Notes: generated from the letters alone by a model not told the origin. DNA of 64,000 nucleotides from Lentisphaeria bacterium (GCA_017629515.1 JAGBXB010000073.1:2939-66938); one strand, 5' to 3'. Numbered from the stretch's first letter, positions 26,501 to 35,693 are shown. Numbers and translations are program-made.

Positions 26501-29069
26501 CGGGGATGATTCCGTAAACTTTGTTGACCCTGTAAACTGCGCAACCATCTATGGAGCAGTTCTCCATATGGCTCTCAAAGATATGCGCAAACTGGATCAT
26601 CTCATCCTTGACGGGAAACGCTCTGTGCCGGAAGTGGGGATCCTTTTCTCCCAGGCAAGCCGTATCCACGATCAGGGCTGGGGCTGGGCCGGGGGAAGCA
26701 CCACTTCCAACCACATCCTTGCTGTCAGTTACTATTACAAACATTTCCTTTCCTGGGGCAGATCTGCAAGAGTTTTTGCAGAAGAAGCACTTGTGGAAGG
26801 AAATATGCCTCCTGTAAAAGTCCTTATCGTTCCCCAGGCGGAATTCCTTTCTGAAAAAGTGCAGAAAGCCCTTCTGGATTATGTGAAGAAAGGCGGAAAA
26901 CTCATTATCGAAGGCAGAGCGGGCAAGTTTGATGAATTCGGCAGAAAATCCGATCTCATCTTCCGTACAGCCGGTGTGATCCCTGCTTTCTCCGATGCAA
27001 AAAATGCCACGATGGAAAAGAGTGTTCTGGGCATCCAGAAAGATGATTCCATCTACTCTCCCGCAGGCAAAGGCAAAGTTCTTGCCTCCTATGATAAGGA
27101 AAATGCCGCCATTCTGACCAATACATTCGGCAAAGGCTCCATTACCTTTATGGGGATCGGCCTGGGCTGCTACAAATACAGCAGTTTTGCCCCCGTACTG
27201 GAAAGAGTACTGCGTTCCCTTGATGTGGATGCAAGATTCAAAGTTTCCGATGATTCCCTCGTTCTGCGTGAATGGGAATACAATGGGGATACCTATCTTC
27301 TTGTCACCGGCAACAGTGATAAGTGGGACATGAAAGAGGTTGCCGTAGGCATCCGCGGAAAAGTAACGGTGGAAGATTATCTTTTCGGCAAAAATGCCAA
27401 AACCTCTTATAAAGACGGTTACACCACATTCAAATCACTCTTTGCCAACGGCGGAAGAGTTTTCCGTATCAAAGGGAAAATCGCTCCTGCCGGACGCCTT
27501 GCCGGAAAAGCAGACTTTAAACTTGTCAGCAGTTCCGGTGCCAAAGACGATGTAAAGAAATTCGTTCTCCCCTACAAAGGCAATATTTACAGTGACACCC
27601 CGCTGAAAAACGGCGATTATACTTTCAGTGCCGCCATTCTTGGTTCCGGGGCAAACAACCGTATCGGAAACGCCTTCCTCACTGTTTCCGGCAACGGCGA
27701 ATCCCAGAGAAAACGCCTTGTGGAAGGGGAAACCATCTTCTTCCGTATGCGGAAAAAGATTTTCTCTGTGAAATGCACACAGAACTTCTTTATGTATCCT
27801 TTCTATACGGTCGTGGAAGTCAAAGAGGTGAAAGAAGTCCCCGCTTCCAAAGGGGCGAAAGTACAGCGTAGAGGAAAGAATATCACTCTTTCCAATGATC
27901 TGCTTTCCCTTACTTTCAGCAGTTTGGGCGCAGAAATGATCTCCTTTCTGCCCCTTGCGGAAAGAGAGGATATCGTAAAGGTAAGAAAAGCCGGAGTGAT
28001 CTCCGGCGCAGCCCCCGGGCCTTTCTATAATGTGAACTTCAATGTCAAAACCGCAAAGAGCAAAGAGGGCGTTGTTGCAGATTTCTCCCTGCCTTCCCCT
28101 GTTGCCAATAAACTCATCACCCAGAAAGCTACCCTCCTTTCCGATGCGGCAGTATGCAAACTGGATTTCGTCTGTACGAACAAAGCGATCAATCCTGCCA
28201 ATTTCGATGTGCGTTACCGTCCCGGTCTGCAAGTGGGCGGCGCGGCGGATAACGGAGATGCTTTCTTCGTCCAGAAAAAGGATGGTTCTGTGCAGCATGT
28301 CATGTTCCGCGGTCAGAATACCGGAAAAAGATATACGGACAGCGGCGATTGGGCGGCTGTGGTGGATACCCAGCAGAAAGTGGCATGGATCAATGTGATC
28401 ACCAACGGGAACAAGGGGGAATATTTCTACTTGTGGGAAGCCTCCGACTTTTACAATATGGAACTTTTCGGCCCTGTGAAGAAAGTTCTTTCCGGGGAAT
28501 CCATCACATTGAACATGGCGATCATGTATATACACGGTCTTACCGGAGTGAGTGCGGTCAATAATCTGAATGCAGCTTTTCTTGTGATCCCGGATGTGGT
28601 CAATCAGAAAAAAGCATTTGCTCCTGTACTGGAAATTGCCACTGCAAGCAGCAAACTTACCTCCGTCAGCGTGAATTCCGCTCTTTACAAGGACGGCAGA
28701 AAGGTCATGGATTTTTCCGATGCAAAGGATAAGATCGCCTTTGATCTGCCTGCCGCATTCTCTTTGAAAACGGCAAAAAGTGTCAAAGACCTTGCAGACG
28801 GAGAATATACGATAAAAGTAAATATTCTTTCCGCAAACGGGAATATTTCCTGTGAAAGAAAAGTAAAGTTTGCCGGAAGGATCATTGAAAAACTTTCTGC
28901 GGACTGTAATAGCCTTGCGAAAAAACTTGATGAACTGGAAAAGAAAATTTCCACAGATGCCAGATTTGCGCTTCTTGTGAAACTGGGCGAATTGAAAAAA
29001 GCCATTTCCAGCAACAATCTGGATGCGGCTTCTAAAATCGCGGCAGAATTGAAAACAGAAATGAAATAA
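23565..29069 (+). CDS. Giant (1834 aa) secreted protein: signal peptide, N-terminal LamG/concanavalin-like domain, glycoside-hydrolase-like core with a GH42-type trimerisation-like module, and a C-terminal coiled coil.
   Basis: Signal 'MKKIFASLFLVFAVLFTVQGA'. LamG-like 'LVVHYKFDEGEGNIARDSSGNGLDATLVE...AVRLD'. A segment 'KVLIVPQAEFLSEKVQKALLDYVKKGGKLIIEG' resembles the GH42 trimerisation domain. The 1053-aa minus-strand ORF is antisense. Confidence 0.5.
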   Translation: MKKIFASLFLVFAVLFTVQGAKDDGLVVHYKFDEGEGNIARDSSGNGLDATLVETTWEKFGVQGKAVRLDHTKKKAHIQLPKSDKLILEKEMTLSLYFKVENFYKGLTLFSSSNYYLGWTSVVYRSFITFSSIDRNNRNDKRNGGLCRVSLAAGTGPLAPFHNVVFTVGPDPDNKDQNILNIYLDGKKLSHKGVSNFPMRAPIRVNKRVPLTIGHFTSAEGQWFSGIIDEVKIYNRVLSADEIAKNHRRTTTQSTEGPGEKVQLKKVDFKPLKNKKVALYSPLKVTKAQLAGSRDEGKDSPRHVAAWGTPIRSVEWFKEQAEKLGCKVTILDDARLSDKKYLVKKNFDTLILPAGVIPFEAEESIFEYLVTGGNLFTPTVLPSVYKRYADGSFGKFRGNYLKNHTRGWYSPFLLRTTPGANGLRWWVAPLGLNPGVVDITGDLMAAVVKNPNPKRRVAYRPLDRWGKIPGLDGAYGDGNNYALGADVQVELYRERTGIGSGFAVYRYYNNLIFGSTLAQLGSIGESLIKGKDGDKYFKAVMYLLESKLPGEQNTTYYRNAVDLHKEWSELGFTYTSAVAALRDASFYAYLSGREWKSFAEKLTEMEKEFNALNGERKTQKQLLFSGKYAECSKCTAELLAKVRVSAGKYASCIEEGRKAVADAKVPAKVPVKHKYGTIPSIASTVIPTNLSMFRGRLFDSIRRIGSNIYSGMIDDWYAEDPQVQKKLKGLLRDHKFVYAAGPRVLVRGGHFNPANGTVKDAPEVIYPEKNLSKYLENVFKVWKWKGKEQFRIGTADETGIGLNYWGSQAKRDLQNHLKKYYNNDVAAMNAHCGTSYKSFDEVAVPVRKPETSAQHAIWEHFNKCREAYLERIYSNFRKLVRKYNTDIDVFALPSTGGSQLPLYGLNYYNATKYQDVSGIDGTCCSIDKEWLFLDLTTKRYLTSEWGKLYQEATMQAVNGQMWQELAGGAWGAEQHVWCFGDDSVNFVDPVNCATIYGAVLHMALKDMRKLDHLILDGKRSVPEVGILFSQASRIHDQGWGWAGGSTTSNHILAVSYYYKHFLSWGRSARVFAEEALVEGNMPPVKVLIVPQAEFLSEKVQKALLDYVKKGGKLIIEGRAGKFDEFGRKSDLIFRTAGVIPAFSDAKNATMEKSVLGIQKDDSIYSPAGKGKVLASYDKENAAILTNTFGKGSITFMGIGLGCYKYSSFAPVLERVLRSLDVDARFKVSDDSLVLREWEYNGDTYLLVTGNSDKWDMKEVAVGIRGKVTVEDYLFGKNAKTSYKDGYTTFKSLFANGGRVFRIKGKIAPAGRLAGKADFKLVSSSGAKDDVKKFVLPYKGNIYSDTPLKNGDYTFSAAILGSGANNRIGNAFLTVSGNGESQRKRLVEGETIFFRMRKKIFSVKCTQNFFMYPFYTVVEVKEVKEVPASKGAKVQRRGKNITLSNDLLSLTFSSLGAEMISFLPLAEREDIVKVRKAGVISGAAPGPFYNVNFNVKTAKSKEGVVADFSLPSPVANKLITQKATLLSDAAVCKLDFVCTNKAINPANFDVRYRPGLQVGGAADNGDAFFVQKKDGSVQHVMFRGQNTGKRYTDSGDWAAVVDTQQKVAWINVITNGNKGEYFYLWEASDFYNMELFGPVKKVLSGESITLNMAIMYIHGLTGVSAVNNLNAAFLVIPDVVNQKKAFAPVLEIATASSKLTSVSVNSALYKDGRKVMDFSDAKDKIAFDLPAAFSLKTAKSVKDLADGEYTIKVNILSANGNISCERKVKFAGRIIEKLSADCNSLAKKLDELEKKISTDARFALLVKLGELKKAISSNNLDAASKIAAELKTEMK

Positions 29070-29099
29070 AAGTTCTGGTCATCGAATAATAAAATAAAA

Positions 29100-29131
29100 G
29101 ATCCGGGAAATATTTTCCGGGTCTTTTTTTT
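29100..29131 (+). terminator. Rho-independent terminator after the giant gene.
   Basis: Hairpin gatccgggaaatattttccgggtc followed by T8. Confidence 0.55.
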
Positions 29132-29182
29132 GCTTGCAACAAAGTAAAATAATGATATATTACAGAAAAAGGAGAATTTTTT

Positions 29183-29908
29183 ATGAGTGAAAAAAAGAAA
29201 ATCAAAGTCGTCCAGTGCTGGGATGACGGAGTAATCAATGATATACGCATTATTGAACTCTGCCGTAAATACGGCGCAAAAGCCACATTCAATCTGAATC
29301 CGGGGCTGATGGGGGATGAACGGGGAAAGAACCGCTGGATCAATGAGGAAAAAGGGATTTGGTCTTATAACGGCTTTGCCTGCGGAAAACTGGCGAAAAA
29401 GGATATCAGAGAAGTGTATGAGGGCTTTGAAGTAGCCTCCCATTGCTGGAAACATGAAATTGCAGATTGTTACCCTGTGGAAGAGTGGATCAGAAGTGCG
29501 GTGGACACCAGAAAATTTCTGGAAGATATCGTTCAGAAACCCTGTCCCGGTTTTGCATGGCCCTGTGGAAGAACGACTCCGGAAACAGTACAGGCATTGC
29601 GTGAGGCGGGGTTTGCTTACGGAAGAACGACAGAAAATGTGGAAGATATCACCAGAAGTGAAGATGCCATGGCTCTTCCCTCCAACTGTCATTTTTCCAA
29701 TAATAAATTCTTTGAACTTTATGAAAAGGCAAAGGCAGATAATGTGGAAGTATTCTATTTCTGGGGACACTCTTACGAAATGTATGAGTATGATAAACTC
29801 TGGGAAAGATATGAATATAAATTGAAATATATCAGCAATGACCCGGATGCGGAATGGGCAGATGTGGCAGATATCGCCCCGTTGTGCGACGGGAAAAAAA
29901 GAGTGTGA
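29183..29908 (+). CDS. Polysaccharide deacetylase-family (CE4/NodB-like) protein, probably cytoplasmic.
   Basis: 'VVQCWDDGVINDIRI' resembles the NodB 'TFDDG' motif block, with a His-containing 'HCWKHE'. No signal peptide. Confidence 0.45.
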   Translation: MSEKKKIKVVQCWDDGVINDIRIIELCRKYGAKATFNLNPGLMGDERGKNRWINEEKGIWSYNGFACGKLAKKDIREVYEGFEVASHCWKHEIADCYPVEEWIRSAVDTRKFLEDIVQKPCPGFAWPCGRTTPETVQALREAGFAYGRTTENVEDITRSEDAMALPSNCHFSNNKFFELYEKAKADNVEVFYFWGHSYEMYEYDKLWERYEYKLKYISNDPDAEWADVADIAPLCDGKKRV

Positions 29909-29953
29909 CAGGATTTTCCGGAAAAATTCCGGCAGTGAAGGAAAAAAAGAACA

Positions 29954-31990
29954 ATGGAAAAAATATTCCGACAGGCTCAATGGATCACTTCTGCGGATTT
30001 CCGGGATGCCCCGGTCAATATGCTCTTTCACCGGCAGCTGGAAAAGACCGACAGAACAAAGTGGGATCTTTCCAGACAGAATGAGCATATTCTGTTCCGG
30101 AAAAAATTTACTGTTGACGCAAATACTCTCCGGGAGAGAGTAAAACTTTTTATTACTGCGGATGATTACTATAAACTGTATATCAACGGACAATTTGCCG
30201 GTATGGGGCCTGCTCCGGGGTATCATTTCCATTATTTCTGCAATGAGATCGATGTGACCGCTTTTCTGCGGGTGGGGGAAAATCTCCTTGCCGTTCACAC
30301 ATATTATCAGGGATTGATCAACCGTGTCTGGGTGAGCGGGGATAACCGGCATGGCATGATCTGTGAAATGGAAAGCAGCAGTAATAAAGTTCTTCTGGCA
30401 TCAGACGATACTTTTTCCCTTTGCAAACATTCCGCCTACTCTTCCGCCGGGAAGGCGGGATATGATACACAATATCTGGAAAGATATGATGCTTCCGCTC
30501 CGGAATGCGGTTTTGAACAGCCTTTTTTTGATGATTCCGCCTGGGGAAAGGCAGTGATCAAAGATGAAACAGATTATCAGTTCTTTCTGCAAACTTCCTC
30601 CATGGTCGTGCGGGAGGAGATCTTTCCGGCAGTAAAGAGCCGCAAGGGGAATTGTCTGTTTATGGATTTCGGCGGTATTTATGTGGGGTCTCTTGCTGTG
30701 ACTGCTTCCGGGAAAAAGGGGGATTGCATCACGATCCGCTGCGGACAGGAACTTAATCAGGACGGCACCGTCCGCTGGCAGATGCGCTGTAACTGCAAGT
30801 ATCAGGAGTATTTTATTCTTTCCGGAAAAGAACAGGACACCCTCGACCAGTTTGATTTCAAATCCTTCCGTTATGCAGAATTGGAACTGCCGGAAAATGT
30901 TGAAATTTCCTCTGTGTCTCTCCTTGCCAGACATTACCCGTTTGAACTGAAAGCAGAGTTGAACCGCTTTGATGAACGCTCACGGAAGATCTGGAAACTT
31001 TGTACGGAAAGTCTCCGCTGGGGGGTGCAGGAGGTTATTCAGGACTGTATGGAACGGGAAAAAGGGTACTATCTGGGGGATGGGTGTTACAGTCTTTTCA
31101 CCTTCTGTCTGCTGACACAGGACTATACTCTTATGGAGAAGTTCTTTGATGATTTTTTACGGACAAACTTCATCAACCGCGGTTTGATGACCTGTGCCAA
31201 CTGCAGTTTCATGCAGGAGATCGCGGAATACCCTCTGATTATGATCACCTTTGCCATGGTTTATCTGGAAATGACGGGAAAGAGAGAGTTTATCCGGGAA
31301 CGGTTTGAGCGTTTTGCTGATATCCTGGATTTTTACCGGGAGGAGTATGCACAGGAAAACGGTCTTCTCTGCAATCTGGATAAATGGTGCGTTGTGGAGT
31401 GGCCCGAACCACTGCGGGACGGGTATGATGCGGATATCAGGGAAGGCAGGGTATGTACGGTCATGCACAATGTGATCAATGCTTACTATATCGGAGCAGT
31501 CAAATGTATGAATAAAATGGCATCCGTTCTGGGATTGCCGCCGTACGGGGATGCGGAAAAACTCACTTCCGCATTTTATGAAGTATTTTATGTTCCGGAG
31601 AAAAAACTTTTCCGGGACAGTGCACAATCCAGCCATATCAGTATGCCGGGAAATGTATTTGCATGGTTTTACGGATTGACAGACAGGGCAGAGGGGTTCA
31701 GAGAAGAAATGCTGCCCCTTATCCGTAATGCCCGTATGAGTAAAAGTGTGCTGTTTGAAGGTTTTCCGCTTCTGGCCTCCCTGATGCGGGATGGGGAGGA
31801 AACTCTTGCATTTGAACTTCTTACAGATGATGGCGCATGGATGAACATGCTTGAAGAGGGGGCAAGCCGTACATTTGAAAGCTGGGGAGCGGATTGGAAA
31901 TGGAATACAAGTCTTTTTCATCTTACATTGACATACGGAGCATTGTTCCTCACGGATTGGCCGCTGAAAAAGATTTTTACATATAAGTAA
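29954..31990 (+). CDS. Six-hairpin (alpha/alpha)6 glycoside hydrolase-like protein (GH78 alpha-L-rhamnosidase-like / GH63-like) with an N-terminal beta-sandwich.
   Basis: The domain order and a C-terminal helical-repeat region resemble the bacterial rhamnosidase six-hairpin domain. No decisive catalytic motif could be confirmed by eye. Confidence 0.35.
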   Translation: MEKIFRQAQWITSADFRDAPVNMLFHRQLEKTDRTKWDLSRQNEHILFRKKFTVDANTLRERVKLFITADDYYKLYINGQFAGMGPAPGYHFHYFCNEIDVTAFLRVGENLLAVHTYYQGLINRVWVSGDNRHGMICEMESSSNKVLLASDDTFSLCKHSAYSSAGKAGYDTQYLERYDASAPECGFEQPFFDDSAWGKAVIKDETDYQFFLQTSSMVVREEIFPAVKSRKGNCLFMDFGGIYVGSLAVTASGKKGDCITIRCGQELNQDGTVRWQMRCNCKYQEYFILSGKEQDTLDQFDFKSFRYAELELPENVEISSVSLLARHYPFELKAELNRFDERSRKIWKLCTESLRWGVQEVIQDCMEREKGYYLGDGCYSLFTFCLLTQDYTLMEKFFDDFLRTNFINRGLMTCANCSFMQEIAEYPLIMITFAMVYLEMTGKREFIRERFERFADILDFYREEYAQENGLLCNLDKWCVVEWPEPLRDGYDADIREGRVCTVMHNVINAYYIGAVKCMNKMASVLGLPPYGDAEKLTSAFYEVFYVPEKKLFRDSAQSSHISMPGNVFAWFYGLTDRAEGFREEMLPLIRNARMSKSVLFEGFPLLASLMRDGEETLAFELLTDDGAWMNMLEEGASRTFESWGADWKWNTSLFHLTLTYGALFLTDWPLKKIFTYK

Positions 31991-32236
31991 AAACGGAGAT
32001 TTTTCAGGGGAATTTTCTGTAAGTACCTTTAAAATAAGGCAAAATCTTTAAAACGGGACTTGAAAGACTCATAAAGTAATGTATATTAATAGGATCCGGT
32101 CTCATTGGCAGCAAACCCGATCGCTGCAAGCGGACTCAAAGGGTACGGCCTGGCAGCCTGCCCCCGGAAATGTTGGAAGAAAGTAATCAATTTGATCGTA
32201 AAAGATCAGGAAGCTTAAAAAAGCGGAGAAACTACA

Positions 32237-32665
32237 ATGAAGACGTATTTGGCAAAAGCCAACGAAATCGAACGCAAGCACGTTCTTTTCGATGCTGCCG
32301 GTGTTCCCCTTGGACGCCTTGCAGTCAAGATCGCGAACTCTCTTCGCGGTAAAGACCGTCCCACCTATACCCCGCATGTGGATACCGGTGACTTCGTCAT
32401 CGTCATCAATGCGGCAAAAGTTGCCCTCACAGGCTCCAAAAATGTGAACAAGACCTATGAATCCTATACCGGTCACCGCAGCGGTCACAAGATCGTTACC
32501 GCAAACATCGTCCGGGAAAAGAATCCCGAACGCATGATCCGCGAAGCCGTATGGGGTATGCTCCCCAAAGGCCGTCTCGGTCGTGCCCAGTATGCAAAAC
32601 TCAAAGTCTATGCCGGTGCGGATCATCCCCACGCTGCACAGAAACCTGAAACTGTCAAACTTTAA
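32237..32665 (+). CDS. rplM: 50S ribosomal protein L13.
   Basis: 'MKTYLAKANEIERKHVLFDAAGVPLGRLAVKIANSLRGKDRPTYTPHVDTGDFVIVINA' is a canonical L13 sequence. Confidence 0.95.
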   Translation: MKTYLAKANEIERKHVLFDAAGVPLGRLAVKIANSLRGKDRPTYTPHVDTGDFVIVINAAKVALTGSKNVNKTYESYTGHRSGHKIVTANIVREKNPERMIREAVWGMLPKGRLGRAQYAKLKVYAGADHPHAAQKPETVKL

Positions 32666-32679
32666 TCCGGAGAATAGAA

Positions 32680-33081
32680 ATGGCTATAGCTAATGATGCG
32701 CTGGCAGCGACCGGCCGCAGAAAACAGGCAAGTGCAAGAGTCACCATCGTGCCGGGTTCCGGCAAGATCAAAGTCAATGGTGAAACCTTTGAAAAATATT
32801 TTGATACCGAAGCCGTACGCGGTTTTATCCTTCAGCCCCTCGCCCTCACCGGCAAAGTTCAGGCTCTGGACATCACTGCTTCCGTAAAAGGCGGCGGTAA
32901 AAAAGGTCAGGCCGGTGCCGTTCGTCACGGTATCGCCCGCGCTCTGGTGAAAATGTTTGAAGATGAGTGCAAAGGGATCCTCAAAGCCAACGGTATGTTG
33001 ACCCGTGATCCCCGTGAGAAAGAACGTAAAAAGCCCGGTCAGCCCGGTGCCAGAAAGCGTTATCAGTTCTCCAAACGCTGA
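32680..33081 (+). CDS. rpsI: 30S ribosomal protein S9.
   Basis: 'GGGKKGQAGAVRHGIARAL' and the C-terminus 'KPGQPGARKRYQFSKR'. Confidence 0.95.
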   Translation: MAIANDALAATGRRKQASARVTIVPGSGKIKVNGETFEKYFDTEAVRGFILQPLALTGKVQALDITASVKGGGKKGQAGAVRHGIARALVKMFEDECKGILKANGMLTRDPREKERKKPGQPGARKRYQFSKR

Positions 33082-33104
33082 TCTCCTTACAGAGATTTTT
33101 ACAA

Positions 33105-33141
33105 GGCTGTTTCCTTACAACAGGGCGACAGCCTTTTTTTT
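33105..33141 (+). terminator. Rho-independent terminator of the rplM-rpsI operon.
   Basis: Stem ggctgt (33105-10) / acagcc (33127-32) followed by a T9 run. Confidence 0.65.
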
Positions 33142-33288
33142 GTGCATAAAGATACGGCAGAAGATGTCCGGCAAACTGCATACCGAATGTATCGGCTTAC
33201 GGGGTAGTGCTGCTTTCTGCGGGAGCTGATTGCGGTTTTGAAAAATGGAGGAAAGTAATGGAAAAACAGAAGTATATATGGTGTGCAG

Positions 33289-33837
33289 TCAGAAAAGACG
33301 CCACAAATTTTTTACTTCTTCCACATCTTCTTTATTTTTTTCCCAATCCCCTTCATTCCATGCGGCAAAAGACCTGCTGCAAATAAATTTCCATTCCAGA
33401 AATTCCGCCATTTCTCTGAACTGGGCTTCAATGATACCATATTGACCGTCAGTAAGTTCTGCCGCTCCCACAGAAAGAACGGCGATTTTTTTATCCAGGG
33501 AATGTATGACAGGATCTTTACAATAGAATTTATCAATGAGAAGTTTCAGTTGAGCGGTTACTCCCATCCAGTAAACAGGTGAACCGAAAATGATCACATC
33601 TGCGGCAAGGACTTTTTCCATAAGAAGATTCGTATCGTCATTGTGGACACATTTCCCGCCGTTTTTCCGGCAGGAATCACAGTTGACACAGCCTTTGAGA
33701 ACATATTGGCATACATCAATAAATTCCATATTGCATTGCATATTTTCCAGAAAGGATTTTTCCAGAGTTTTCAGGATGCTTCTGGTATTTCCCTGCATAC
33801 GGGGACTGCCGTTAAGGATAAGGATGTTTTTTGTCAT
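33289..33837 (-). CDS. NAD(P)H-dependent FMN reductase / iron-sulfur flavoprotein-like (flavodoxin fold).
   Basis: 'ILILNGSPRMQGNT' flavodoxin-like P-loop and a Cys cluster 'CVNCDSCRKNGGKC'. Confidence 0.65.
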   Translation of the reverse strand: MTKNILILNGSPRMQGNTRSILKTLEKSFLENMQCNMEFIDVCQYVLKGCVNCDSCRKNGGKCVHNDDTNLLMEKVLAADVIIFGSPVYWMGVTAQLKLLIDKFYCKDPVIHSLDKKIAVLSVGAAELTDGQYGIIEAQFREMAEFLEWKFICSRSFAAWNEGDWEKNKEDVEEVKNLWRLF

Positions 33838-34433
33838 TTTTCGGTCTCCTCCACTTTATAACGGCGGGCTCCGGCAAAGGCAAGGATCTTTACAGAAGAT
33901 CCGGAGGGAATATTTTTATCGGCAACAGCTTTCAATTCATAAGTAGCACCTCCTGCGCTGACGGTAACTTTCCCTTCCTGCTCCCCGCCGGGGATGCTGA
34001 TATATACCGTTCCCTCTTTTCCGATAAAGTCTTTGCTTTTCACATTTGCATCCCCTTGCAGTTTCATTACAAGGTACACAAGATATGCTGTCATGAACAT
34101 AGTAAAAAGTCCGCAGAAAAAGGCAATAAGAAAGCCTTTCACTCCCAGATGTCCCCATAATACACCCCCCCAGCCGAATACGGTCATAAAGGCAAGAACG
34201 GAACGCACCGAAAGGATTTTAAAATCCAGCATCCCTGTATCCGGGTGTTCCACGGGGGCGGCGGTATCTGCATCGAAGTCGGCATCATCCAAACCGCCTG
34301 CTCCTGCAAGGGAGAGGAGGAGGGTCAGTCCGAAAAGCACGCTTCCGGCAAGGGCAAGAGCCCAATATACTTTTGTTACGTATGCGGCGGAAAAAAATCC
34401 TTCTCCTGCGGCAAATATCCAATGCGTCAACAT
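33834..34433 (-). CDS. NfeD/YqiJ-like membrane protein with a C-terminal OB-fold.
   Basis: Three or four TM helices with an acidic loop 'DADFDADTAAPVEHPD', and a C-terminal beta-rich 'KEGTVYISIPGGEQEGKVTVSAGGATYELKAVAD'. YqiJ normally partners a flotillin (YqiK). A flotillin gene is present at 39678. Confidence 0.5.
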   Translation of the reverse strand: MLTHWIFAAGEGFFSAAYVTKVYWALALAGSVLFGLTLLLSLAGAGGLDDADFDADTAAPVEHPDTGMLDFKILSVRSVLAFMTVFGWGGVLWGHLGVKGFLIAFFCGLFTMFMTAYLVYLVMKLQGDANVKSKDFIGKEGTVYISIPGGEQEGKVTVSAGGATYELKAVADKNIPSGSSVKILAFAGARRYKVEETEK

Positions 34434-34523
34434 CCTGTTTTCCTCCTGTATTCCTGTATTTCAGTAAAGTTGTCTCCGGCAATACAATAATGCTTTCTTT
34501 ATATTTTTCAAGAAGAAAAGCGA

Positions 34524-35512
34524 TTATCTTCTGAAAAAAGTTTTTCTTTCCGGTTCAGGCAGTCCCAATGCCCGGTATGCGGTGCGGAAGTGCATTTTTG
34601 CCACACTGCGCAAAAGAGTTTCCCCGCCGCTTACTGCAAGTTGTTTTGCTATTTTATCCACAATATTGCTTGCCCCTTTGGGGAGAGTTGTTCCCACCTG
34701 TTCTTCCAGAAGTTTGACTCTGCGGACAAATTCCGCTCTGGCAAGGATGGAGGCGGCGGCAACGGCAACATCACTTTCGGCTCTTACCATCTGTTGAAGT
34801 TCAAATTCTTCATGGTGCATTTTTGCAAAGGCGTTGCGTACAAGTTTTTCATCGGCAAATTTATCTCCGATGGCCTTTTTACATTCCGGATGTTTTTCCA
34901 GCATGGTACACAGGGCTTTGGCATGCCCCCAGGCAAGGAGATGATTCAAATTGCCGATCCTTTCATAAAGGTTGTTATATGCTTCCGGTCCTATGGCGAC
35001 AATGGAACAGGCGTCTTTCAGAGTGTTGCGGATGACAGAGGCTATTTCAGTATGGAAGCATCGGATTTGATTTCTTTGGAGTCTTTCACCCCTGCATCCA
35101 GTAGTTTCTGTGCGGTTTCCCCGTCCGGGATAAAGGCGCAGGCAATAACGAGAGGCCCGAAAAAGTCACCTTTTCCGCTTTCATCTATTCCGGCGTGGGG
35201 GATAAAGGAGGCGGGATCAAAATTCGTTTCTTTTTTTGCTTCTTTTGTCATCTCTCCGCGCTGTTCCGGATCGAACGCGCGTTCCTGAAGGATCTCCGGT
35301 TCAAGGATGAATTCCACAAATTCGGATGCTCCTGCGCCCTGGATGACAAGTTTACCGCTTTGATAGGCTGTGACATTGACTTTTTCCTTTGCTGCTTTAT
35401 ACCATGCATAGGGAAGTGCGGTAATGAGAAAAGAGCGGTCAAGCAGTATTCTGCGAAGTTTTGCGGCATCCCCTTCTGTGATCATAAAAACGAAATTTTT
35501 TTTATCTTCCAT
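34524..35512 (-). pseudogene. rnhC: Ribonuclease HIII gene interrupted by a -1 frameshift near 35043.
   Basis: The N-terminal ORF (to 35042) holds the TBP-like domain plus the catalytic 'GIDESGKGDFFGPLVIA' and 'DSKEIKSDASILK*'. The downstream frame continues '...IASVIRNTLKDACSIVAIGPEAY...LLAWGHAKAL...', matching the rest of RNase HIII. The junction is ctg-aaa-tag; a -1 slip after AAA restores the protein. Confidence 0.7.
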
Positions 35513-35693
35513 CCTTGTAAACTCCGTATTTTTTCCGTTTTTGGATTTTTTTTCAATAAAAAACAAAATTTTCCCATACAGGGAATTGACAAAAAGCCCT
35601 ATACAATATAGATTAAATTTACAGTTTTTCAAAATGGAATCAGAGAAAAATAATAAAAGAGATAATTTAAAAGGATAAAATAAGGAGTAGGTG

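Noticed and set aside
23583-26744. 1053-aa minus-strand ORF fully inside the 1834-aa plus-strand gene. Similar long antisense ORFs occur at 39048-40844, 5570-7144, 14612-16354, 28685-30352, 58302-60068, 42601-43587 and 50505-51977.
   Set aside because: Each is completely embedded in an opposite-strand gene that has recognisable domains, a signal peptide or catalytic motifs. Their translations are Gly/Phe/Arg-rich low-complexity sequence typical of antisense read-through.
32100-32175. A tRNA-like GC-rich segment upstream of rplM.
   Set aside because: It has no T-loop (GTTCRANYC) or recognisable cloverleaf. I kept it only as a possible structured leader.
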